Shown here one piece after another: positions 1-6,633 of a stretch of 12,418 nucleotides of DNA. Where the stretch lies: positions 1-12,418 of the forward strand of contig JAJRXV010000034.1 of the NCBI GenBank assembly GCA_024276115.1. The letters run 5' to 3'. The DNA comes from Deltaproteobacteria bacterium. Its GTDB lineage: Bacteria > Desulfobacterota > JAJRXV01. Made by a program: the position numbers and the translations under genes. The first letter of the stretch is position 1. Each line of letters opens with the position of its first letter. The notes under the pieces are model-generated. The model had not been told where the DNA came from. It worked only from the letters and a program-made list of their open reading frames with translations, and ran no database searches.

Positions 1-115
1 ATGTTGTAAGAACATCGTTTGACTGCTCACTGTTTATTTTACCGACATTAGAGTCAATACAAGTGTTATTGCAGAAAATAAACCTAAATGGCGTTAATAG
101 TCAAGGGAGAGTGTA

Positions 116-478
116 ATGTCTATAAAAGTCTTAGTCGTCGATGATGCGCCGGTTATTAGAATGTTATTAAAAAGTATTCTAGAGAAAAGTGGCTTTACAG
201 TTGTTGGTGAGGCTGGAAATGGAAATGAAGCTCTGGAAAAATATAAGGAACTTTCGCCTGATGTTGTCACTATGGATATCACAATGCCAGAAGCTAGTGG
301 AATTGATGGAGTCAAGAATATATTAGGATTCGAACCGAACGCCAAAATTGTTATGATTACTGCCTTGGATCAGAGAAAATTTCTGCTCGAAGCGATAAAG
401 GCTGGGGCTGTTGATTATATTGTTAAACCGTTTGAGGATGAAAGGGTCATCTCAGCATTAAAAAAAGCGATTTCATAA
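116..478 (+). CDS. Single-domain CheY-like response regulator receiver protein (120 aa)
   Basis: Translation shows canonical receiver-domain residues: acidic pair VVDDAP near the N-terminus, phospho-acceptor Asp in VVTMDITMP, conserved Thr in MITAL and Lys in IVKPF. No output domain. GGGAG Shine-Dalgarno 7 nt upstream of ATG at 116. Confidence 0.9.
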   Translation: MSIKVLVVDDAPVIRMLLKSILEKSGFTVVGEAGNGNEALEKYKELSPDVVTMDITMPEASGIDGVKNILGFEPNAKIVMITALDQRKFLLEAIKAGAVDYIVKPFEDERVISALKKAIS

Positions 479-487
479 GAGTTAAGG

Positions 488-2608
488 TTACCGTTTGTTT
501 TCAACCTTTAACATCAGTTCCTTTCTATCGGCTAGTAATAAATTATTATGTCCTAACCTATTAATTTCTGATATTTTACCTGCCTGCCCCAGTAATCCGT
601 AGATATCTACAAGCCTTATATAGTTGTCAAGAAGCCCGGGGTTGTTTTTAATTGATAAAACAAAGTATTTTTCAGCGACCAGATAATTTTCCCTGAACTG
701 ACTTATTATACCGAGCTTGTTGTACGCCTCATCGATAGCCTCTTTATTATCAATCATTTTATTGAAAATCTTTTCAGCTCGCTCCAAATCCCCTTTCTTG
801 ATACTCATGACACCTAACAATAAGTGCATGTTACTTATATCGTTATCTTTTAGTGAATTCCTCAGGTCAGGTCCAAAGACTTTTGTCATTGAGTCAAGCA
901 TGTAGCTCACATTATCCAGATAACCATAATCCAGAAAATAATCTATGCAGTCAGTAAAAAGTTGTATATAAACAAAATCAGATTCTCTATCATGTCGAAA
1001 CTCAATATCATTAATAAACCTGAATATTTTTTTATTGAAATAATTATCTAACTTAATAACTTCTGAGTTGCTCAAGCTAACAACCTCACTCTCAGAAAAC
1101 TCAAACAATACTCCGTCAAAATACCTAAGCCGCCGACTCAGCCCACGATATTTAGAGACAGCTTCAGTAAAAATCCTATAACCATTACCTAAATTCAAAC
1201 TTAAAAACTCCAATATTTTAGAGGGTTTTGAAAGCCTTTTCTCAGATGCTAAGTACTTTATATTAAATTCCCCTGAAAGTTTTGAAGCGCTAAAATGCTT
1301 TGGCGAAAATATTTCCCCATACCCTACAAGCGCCAGGTCCCTACGTAACCCTAAAATATCCTGATAGTAACGATAATGAAAATACAAGTATCCAACCAAT
1401 ATCATAGAGTTTTCTGGTAGCGACAGGTACGCCTCCTTAAACTCATCCTCTCCTGTATATATGTTAGTTTTACTAACGTCTTGAAAATTTCTTGCACCAT
1501 TTATCAGAATAATCACAGAAAAAATACTCAAGAGTACGTACTCGGCCTTTTTTCGTCCAGGTAAGTAATCATTCACTCCAAACCATTCGAGAGAGTAGAA
1601 TATACCTATAGAAATCAGAATCATATAGCATATATATGAAGGAAGTTGAACGCCTCCATTCCAGTCGATGAAAAAAATTGTATTCGAAAGCAAGATTGTA
1701 TTGATCAAATAAAATAGGCTTTTTCTCATCTGGTATAACTTCTTAACTCCAATTACGGCAAATAAAATACCAAGAACTGTTATGTTAGAGTTCAAGGCTT
1801 TCATGTAAGAAATCATGTTTTCTAAGAAAATTGAAAAACTGTTAAATCCCGCAAAGTGACTATATGCAGTTTTTCTGTCTGTAATATGAGCTATAAAGTT
1901 TGCAATTGTCTCAGGATTGCCCCAGTCAAACGATGGGTTGGTAAGGGAGCGAAGTGGTAGAAAAGCATATACAGAGAAACCCATCAGAAAAAATAAGCTT
2001 ATCCAGAGGAATCGCGACATTTTTTTCTCTTTATTTTCCAGCAGGTAGAATATTAACACTCCTGGCAGGTAAAAAACTACAGTGGCATGGTTTCCAGATG
2101 ATAGCCCGTACAGAAAGGCGGTTACAAAAAAATACCTGATATCTTTAGTGCGAATAAACGTTACAGCAAGAAAGATAATCATAACAGTGAAAAACGCGTT
2201 AAGGGTATAAACTTCTGAAGTAACTGCGTTTCCCCAACAATATTTATTGACAAAGAATAACATAGCTACAGCAATAGCAACTATAAGAGAGCGAGACTCC
2301 TCCTTCTCTTTATTAAAAAAGAGTAGTATCTCGTAACATGTTAAAAACAAGAAGCAGACTGATGCGGCTGCAGAAATAAGAGAAAAAAGGTTAGCTCTAA
2401 ATGCTATTGAACCAATGGGAAATAACGATAACAGCTTTGCAAACAACGAATAAGTAGGAAACCCAGCAGGATGCGCAATACCTAATGTGTATGAGAGGTT
2501 AGCAAACTCAGGCGTATCACGCCAATTTATTGTAGGCGATACAGTCAGTAAGTAAACACCGGCAGTAATTAAAAAAACAAAATAAGACGTTTGGTATTTT
2601 TTTGCCAT
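488..2608 (-). CDS. DUF2723/TMEM260-like GT-C-fold integral membrane glycosyltransferase with C-terminal TPR-repeat domain (706 aa)
   Basis: N-terminal half has about 10 or more hydrophobic helices. First loop carries INWRDTPEF...LGIAHPAGFPTYSLFAKL, which I recognise as the DUF2723 signature (W-x-D-S/T-x-E-F ... GIAHPPGYPL), a family that resembles protein O-mannosyltransferases. C-terminal roughly 250 aa is helical and TPR/Sel1-like (YNKLGIISQFRENYLVAEKYFVLSIKNNPG...). AAGAGGA RBS 4 nt before ATG at 2608. Only 12 bp downstream of the pilin stop on the same strand. Confidence 0.7.
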   Translation of the reverse strand: MAKKYQTSYFVFLITAGVYLLTVSPTINWRDTPEFANLSYTLGIAHPAGFPTYSLFAKLLSLFPIGSIAFRANLFSLISAAASVCFLFLTCYEILLFFNKEKEESRSLIVAIAVAMLFFVNKYCWGNAVTSEVYTLNAFFTVMIIFLAVTFIRTKDIRYFFVTAFLYGLSSGNHATVVFYLPGVLIFYLLENKEKKMSRFLWISLFFLMGFSVYAFLPLRSLTNPSFDWGNPETIANFIAHITDRKTAYSHFAGFNSFSIFLENMISYMKALNSNITVLGILFAVIGVKKLYQMRKSLFYLINTILLSNTIFFIDWNGGVQLPSYICYMILISIGIFYSLEWFGVNDYLPGRKKAEYVLLSIFSVIILINGARNFQDVSKTNIYTGEDEFKEAYLSLPENSMILVGYLYFHYRYYQDILGLRRDLALVGYGEIFSPKHFSASKLSGEFNIKYLASEKRLSKPSKILEFLSLNLGNGYRIFTEAVSKYRGLSRRLRYFDGVLFEFSESEVVSLSNSEVIKLDNYFNKKIFRFINDIEFRHDRESDFVYIQLFTDCIDYFLDYGYLDNVSYMLDSMTKVFGPDLRNSLKDNDISNMHLLLGVMSIKKGDLERAEKIFNKMIDNKEAIDEAYNKLGIISQFRENYLVAEKYFVLSIKNNPGLLDNYIRLVDIYGLLGQAGKISEINRLGHNNLLLADRKELMLKVENKR

Positions 2609-2620
2609 TGTCCTCTTATA

Positions 2621-2986
2621 TTACGGTGTTACACCATCTGTTGTAACCGTGTATGTTATGTCCCCCGCAGTGTGCCGAATATCAATAGCGTCATAAGAAG
2701 TAGTATTGGCATTTGCAATGTTAGCCGGTAGTGTAAGACCAGCATCATTATCAATAGTGGAATCATAAGCAATCAGCTCAGCCATAGTAGAAGCATAAGA
2801 AGAGGTTGAAGAGGCAGCTCTGAAATTCTCCTGCGCCATCATAATCTGATTCGCGACTATTTCTGCTCTTTTGTTGTATCCTCTGGTCCTATAACCCATA
2901 TACGACGGTATAGCAACAGCGGCGAGTATACCTAAGACCGCGATTACAATCATTAATTCTATAAGAGTGAATCCTTTTTCTTTCAT
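2621..2986 (-). CDS. Type IV pilin / pseudopilin precursor with class III (prepilin peptidase) signal peptide, about 121 aa
   Basis: MKEKG|FTLIELMIVIAVLGILAAVAIP is the classic short basic leader, Gly-1/Phe+1 cleavage site, Glu+5 and hydrophobic N-terminal helix. Start chosen at ATG 2986, with AAGGA RBS 6 nt upstream, rather than the TTG at 3013 reported by the ORF track. Mature C-terminal half is Ser/Thr-rich and lacks Cys. Confidence 0.85.
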   Translation of the reverse strand: MKEKGFTLIELMIVIAVLGILAAVAIPSYMGYRTRGYNKRAEIVANQIMMAQENFRAASSTSSYASTMAELIAYDSTIDNDAGLTLPANIANANTTSYDAIDIRHTAGDITYTVTTDGVTP

Positions 2987-3055
2987 AGTAAGCGTCCTTT
3001 CATATCTTAACAAAAGTAGATGTAAGTAATGATACTTCTATCACCACTACTAAAA

Positions 3056-3084
3056 AGTATACCACACATTTATAGTAAATGCAA
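3056..3084 (-). promoter_or_regulatory. Putative sigma70 promoter of the pilin-glycosyltransferase operon (-35 TTGCAT, 17-nt spacer, extended -10 TGgTATACT)
   Basis: Minus-strand reading gives TTGCAT-17nt-TATACT with a TG dinucleotide at -15/-14. It lies about 65 nt upstream of pilin ATG and immediately downstream of the csp-cluster terminator. Confidence 0.45.
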
Positions 3085-3088
3085 TTTT

Positions 3089-3112
3089 TATTGGTTTTAA
3101 TATTGGTTTTAA
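3089..3112. repeat. Perfect 12-bp tandem direct repeat TATTGGTTTTAA x2 just upstream of the pilin promoter -35
   Basis: Direct reading: tattggttttaa tattggttttaa at 3089-3100 and 3101-3112. Confidence 0.8.
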
Positions 3113-3156
3113 TAAAAAAAGGTGAGGGGGATCTATAGTGATAGCCCCCCTCACCT
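3113..3156 (-). terminator. Rho-independent terminator ending the csp cluster
   Basis: Perfect 11-bp GC-rich stem AGGTGAGGGGG / CCCCCTCACCT with a 14-nt loop. It is followed on the minus strand by a U-run (A8 on the plus strand at 3113-3120) and lies 40 nt downstream of the csp stop at 3196. Confidence 0.85.
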
Positions 3157-3195
3157 CATTGATTAAGGTTTAAGATGATAGTAGTGTAATAACAA

Positions 3196-3414
3196 CTAGT
3201 TATTTGCGTTACTAGCCTTTACAACATTTTGAGCTTGTAGACCTTTTGGTCCTGTTGTGATCTCAAACTTTACTTCCTGACCTTCTTGTAATGATCGAAA
3301 GCCTTCGTCCTGAATCGCGGTGTAGTGTACAAACACATCTTCACCCTCATCCTGCTCAATAAATCCAAAACCCTTTGTGTCGTTAAACCATTTTACTTTT
3401 CCTGTTACTTCCAT
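3196..3414 (-). CDS. Cold-shock protein, CspA family (72 aa), copy 1
   Basis: [19 protein letters not shown] (RNP1 motif KGFGFI) and VFVHY (RNP2), typical CSD length. GGAGGGG RBS 7 nt upstream. Confidence 0.92.
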   Translation of the reverse strand: MEVTGKVKWFNDTKGFGFIEQDEGEDVFVHYTAIQDEGFRSLQEGQEVKFEITTGPKGLQAQNVVKASNANN

Positions 3415-3475
3415 GTTTTCCCCTCCATAAATACAAACAATATCCTACCCAAAGTAGGGACATGAGCAATTAAGC

Positions 3476-3685
3476 CTAGTCGTTTTGAATACTTACGTTC
3501 TGCGCCTGCAGACCTTTTGGTCCTTGAGTAATTTCAAACTTCACTCTTTGACCTTCTTTTAATGTACGGAATCCTTCGTCCTGAATTTCAGTGTAGTGAA
3601 CAAATACATCATCACCACCATCTTGCTCAATAAAGCCAAAACCCTTTGTGTCGTTAAACCATTTTACTTTTCCTGTTACTTCCAT
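3476..3685 (-). CDS. Cold-shock protein, CspA family (69 aa), copy 2
   Basis: Same motifs as copy 1, with an identical RBS/5' UTR core. Confidence 0.92.
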   Translation of the reverse strand: MEVTGKVKWFNDTKGFGFIEQDGGDDVFVHYTEIQDEGFRTLKEGQRVKFEITQGPKGLQAQNVSIQND

Positions 3686-3755
3686 GTTTTCCCCTCCATA
3701 AATACAAAAATTAATCCTACCTCAAGGCAGGTTCATAAAGTTCATAAAATTAATA

Positions 3756-3965
3756 TTAGTCGTTTTGAATGTTTACATTCTGCGCCTGAAGACCTTTTGG
3801 CCCCTGAGAAACTTCAAACCTTACACGCTGACCTTCTTTTAAGGTGCGAAATCCTTCCTCCTGGATCTCTGCGTAGTGAACAAATACATCCTCACCACCA
3901 TCTTGCTCAATAAATCCAAAACCCTTTGTGTCGTTAAACCATTTTACTCTTCCTGTTACTTCCAT
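3756..3965 (-). CDS. Cold-shock protein, CspA family (69 aa), copy 3
   Basis: Start moved to the internal ATG at 3965 ([12 protein letters not shown]...). This matches the paralogue N-termini and has a GGAGG RBS. The 19-codon N-terminal extension in the ORF track ([19 protein letters not shown]) overlaps the RBS/UTR and is rejected. Confidence 0.85.
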   Translation of the reverse strand: MEVTGRVKWFNDTKGFGFIEQDGGEDVFVHYAEIQEEGFRTLKEGQRVRFEVSQGPKGLQAQNVNIQND

Positions 3966-4210
3966 GCGTACTCCTCCAAAAAAATTTAATATGCTCAAAT
4001 ATCTACGATATTCTGAACTCAATTATATACAAGTGTATGCCTTACACCTAAAAGGCGTTATATTATGCTTATTAATCTTAAGTGGATTAAAAAGAATGAT
4101 GAATGCAATAACTAGACACCAACATAAAGTTGATATAACTAATGAGTGCGAAGACACACAACTATAAATAAAACAAAATTCCATACAGACTTACACTTAC
4201 TCTTACTAAA

Positions 4211-4489
4211 TTATTTACTATTAACTCTTTCTCTAAGCTCTTTGCCTACCTTAAAGAAAGGAAGTTTTTTGGATTTAACCTTAATATGTTCGCCTGTCTT
4301 AGGGTTACGACCAGTATACGAACCATACTCCCGGTTTACAAAACTACCAAAGCCACGTATTTCAATCCTGTCATCTGCTTTGATCGCGTCCTTCATTGAA
4401 TCAAAAATAATATTTATAACTTCTTCAGCTCGTCGCTGAGTTAGATTGGCTTTATTTGATAATGTTTCGACTAGCCCTGACTTATTCAT
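4211..4489 (-). CDS. HU/IHF-family nucleoid-associated DNA-binding protein (92 aa)
   Basis: Hallmark beta-arm region RGFGSFVNREYGSYTGRNPKTGEHIKVKSKKLPFFKVGKELRERV and N-terminal MNKSGLVETLS... are typical of HU/IHF. GGGGGA RBS upstream. Confidence 0.9.
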   Translation of the reverse strand: MNKSGLVETLSNKANLTQRRAEEVINIIFDSMKDAIKADDRIEIRGFGSFVNREYGSYTGRNPKTGEHIKVKSKKLPFFKVGKELRERVNSK

Positions 4490-4532
4490 AAGTCCCCCTG
4501 AAAAGTAATAATATACAACATTTATTAATTAA

Positions 4533-4561
4533 TATATACCTATTTAATTCGCATGTGTCAA
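4533..4561 (-). promoter_or_regulatory. Putative sigma70 promoter for the HU/IHF gene (-35 TTGACA, 17-nt spacer, -10 TATATA/TATATT) with an A/T-rich UP-like tract
   Basis: Minus-strand reading: TTGACAcatgcgaattaaataggTATATATTaat, about 45 nt upstream of ATG. Preceded by ttgtaaaaaaaagcataaaaaatcaa. Confidence 0.5.
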
Positions 4562-4785
4562 GCACCAAATTGATTTTTTATGCTTTTTTTTACAATTATT
4601 TTACTTTTAAGCTCATACCAACAGAGATACTCATCACAACATAACCCTTCACAGAGCGGAATCGCGAGGAAACAGCATAATATATTTAGATGACAATAAT
4701 ATATATTTTTTCACGCACTGTTTTCTCTGTTTTTCCCCGTTCTTAAGCTTCAGGCGACCACATAGGGTGCGCACCTACGGGTTCA

Positions 4786-6474
4786 CTATTTTTTTACGTT
4801 CATCCCCTGCAACAAATTACTCGCGCCCAAAATCGCCGCGGCACCCTCAAGACCTCCTGAAGCACCCTGAACATATACATTCGGTACTTTTACGATATCC
4901 GGCTGTTCTGTCGCCGCCGCGAGAATCTTCTCCAGCACACTCAACTGCATTACCCGCGCCTCACCAAGCACCTTCACCTGCGCCTTCTGACCGGTCGCTA
5001 TCTCAAGAAGTTTAAGTTTCTCACCCTCACCAAGCTTCTGAAGCGCGAGTTTCTCCTGCTCTGCTATCTTCACTTGCATCTCAGCCTTCACCAGATTCGG
5101 TTGTTGATCCGCCTCAGCACGTGATTTTTCACTCTTGATACGCTCATCCTGCGCTAGTTTCTCCTGCTCATACGCCTTTTGTAGCTGTCCGGCCAACTGC
5201 TCACGCTGGCGCGCGGTCAAGAGTTCCGGTGGTATCGCCGGATCGCCAAAACGCACTTCTCTGATAGAAATCCCCGCCTTACTCCCTTCTGGACGTATCA
5301 TCTCCTCAACAAGATCCTCAAGCTCATTACGCTTATCCTGTAAATCAAACACACGCCGCCCCTCGGCGCCGGTGACATTCCTCACAACACTTCTTATCAT
5401 CGGTGATAATATCTTATCCTCAACCTCTTCAAGCCCTCCGACCGACGCGACGACAAACGGCGCGTCTTTCGGGTCTACCTGTACTTGTATCCTGAGATCC
5501 AGCGGTATCTTCCACCCCTCTACAATAAGCGGTATCGCACGGTCAACAGCGTCTGCCGGTACCGGTATTTCTTTTTTGCGCTCTTTCTGTGTGATCTTCC
5601 CCTGCTGATCGACGACGAGGTCTATACTCCGCCTTGAGTACCCCCCTATGTGCTTCCATGTCTGAACGAGAGTCGATATCTTAGTGATGACATAAGCGCG
5701 TCTGTTGAGATAGTACATCCCTGGATAAAGCGGCTCATCCCACACACCTATGCACCCTTTTTTCACCAGCGGCACCGATAACGAGCCCTCTTTTGTCGTA
5801 TCGACCCGAGAGCAGTCATCTATTTCCTGCACATTGGACTTGATGACACCGACTTCACCCGTGCTGATACTAGTCGCTGACTCAAGGGTCAACTGAAAGA
5901 GGTACATGTTCATCCGGTAGTTACCCGGTTTTAAAACGCTCAGTTGTGGTCCCTTCTGCCCACCGTTTTTCAAAAAATACTCCGCGTTTAACATATCCTG
6001 AAATTTATCGTCAGGCCAGCCATCCGCGAGGTACTGCTTCTTCCGAAGCGGTTTCCCATCGAGTGCGGTAACAAGCCCATACTGCCCCTCGGGGATTTTG
6101 ACTAGCGCTTTCTCTTCTATTTCATACAAAATATTCAGGAGCAGTTCAAAGTGAAACCCTGGCGCCAGTATACGAGCCTGCGGACCGTTTTCGCCGTCAT
6201 ACGCTATCACTTGCCCCGGAGGCATACTCCCGCCACCGAACACACGTTTCAAGTGCCCTACCCTGTCTGAGTCGATCACAACAAACGAAGTGCTGATAAT
6301 AGCGAACAGAAATACCAACACCCCCAAACCTCGCGCGCCCATCCGCGCCAAATGTTCTACCTTGCGCTTTCGCGGATCTACCACAGCTTGTGAGTTTAAG
6401 ATATTTGTGACGACCGATGGGCCGACAAAGAATATAAAGAGTGCGACAATTAGCAAAAATACTGAAAATGGCAT
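4786..6474 (-). CDS. Flotillin-like SPFH/band-7 family membrane protein (562 aa)
   Basis: Two N-terminal TM helices, then an SPFH-like start (HLKRVFGGG...ARILAPGFHFELLLNILYEIE). A long coiled-coil region is rich in E/K/A/Q (QREQLAGQLQKAYEQEKLAQDERIKSEKSRAEADQQ...). The C-terminal tail AAATEQPDIVKVPNVYVQGASGGLEGAAAIL resembles the bacterial flotillin (FloT/YqiK) C-terminus. GGAGG RBS 7 nt upstream. GC-rich codon usage. Confidence 0.65.
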   Translation of the reverse strand: MPFSVFLLIVALFIFFVGPSVVTNILNSQAVVDPRKRKVEHLARMGARGLGVLVFLFAIISTSFVVIDSDRVGHLKRVFGGGSMPPGQVIAYDGENGPQARILAPGFHFELLLNILYEIEEKALVKIPEGQYGLVTALDGKPLRKKQYLADGWPDDKFQDMLNAEYFLKNGGQKGPQLSVLKPGNYRMNMYLFQLTLESATSISTGEVGVIKSNVQEIDDCSRVDTTKEGSLSVPLVKKGCIGVWDEPLYPGMYYLNRRAYVITKISTLVQTWKHIGGYSRRSIDLVVDQQGKITQKERKKEIPVPADAVDRAIPLIVEGWKIPLDLRIQVQVDPKDAPFVVASVGGLEEVEDKILSPMIRSVVRNVTGAEGRRVFDLQDKRNELEDLVEEMIRPEGSKAGISIREVRFGDPAIPPELLTARQREQLAGQLQKAYEQEKLAQDERIKSEKSRAEADQQPNLVKAEMQVKIAEQEKLALQKLGEGEKLKLLEIATGQKAQVKVLGEARVMQLSVLEKILAAATEQPDIVKVPNVYVQGASGGLEGAAAILGASNLLQGMNVKK

Positions 6475-6633
6475 AAAAAACCTCCAATCTGATTTTAAAA
6501 AGAATATATCTACATACTACAGGAAAAAAACGAAATGTAAACATATTATAACGACCAAGAACAATTTATGCAGATTAGTTTTTTAAGTGCTGACAATATA
6601 TGTGTTGTTGCCAGCCGTTACATTATTAACTCA

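Larger units (their letters stand above)
3196..4035 (-). repeat. Three tandem copies of an exact 280-bp csp gene-plus-UTR unit
   Basis: Stop codons at 3196, 3476 and 3756 are spaced exactly 280 bp apart. Each unit has the conserved leader TTGTATTTATGGAGGGGAAAACATG plus a small hairpin (CCUAC..GUAGG or CCUGCC..GGUAGG) between genes. Confidence 0.8.

Noticed and set aside
1-115. Possible promoter upstream of the CheY gene (TTGACT at 19-24, or TTGCAG at 69-74 with TTAATA)
   Set aside because: No acceptable -10 hexamer at correct spacing for either candidate. It is left uncalled.
481-510. Imperfect hairpin TTAAGGTT...AACCTTTAA spanning the convergent stop codons of the CheY and glycosyltransferase genes
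   Set aside because: The stem has a bulge and lies partly inside the coding sequence. No U-tract follows on either strand. Not called as a bidirectional terminator.
717-2139. Small plus-strand ORFs (717-905, 1954-2139) and the minus ORF 94-345, inside or opposite the DUF2723 and CheY genes
   Set aside because: Antisense or overlapping frames of confident genes. No independent signals.
2987-3013. ORF-track N-terminal extension of the pilin (TTG start, MLRYERTLT...)
   Set aside because: It would give an atypically long leader before the KG|FTLIE cleavage site. ATG at 2986 has a proper AAGGA RBS and gives the canonical short prepilin leader.
3966-4022. 19-codon N-terminal extension of csp copy 3 ([19 protein letters not shown])
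   Set aside because: The extension is the translation of the conserved leader/RBS (GGAGG) region shared with the other two copies. The paralogues start at MEVTG.
3596-4439. Plus-strand ORFs 3596-3913, 3928-4167 and 4146-4439 antisense to the csp and HU genes
   Set aside because: They overlap the conserved csp and HU coding sequences and promoter regions. They have no SD and no recognisable domains.
5135-5608. Plus-strand ORFs antisense to the flotillin, Ddl-family and AmmeMemo genes (5135-5608, 6587-6946, 7066-7320, 7103-7594, 10712-11052 and others)
   Set aside because: They lie wholly inside well-supported minus-strand genes, lack RBSs, and have low-complexity Ser/Arg/Cys-rich translations typical of antisense frames of GC-rich DNA.
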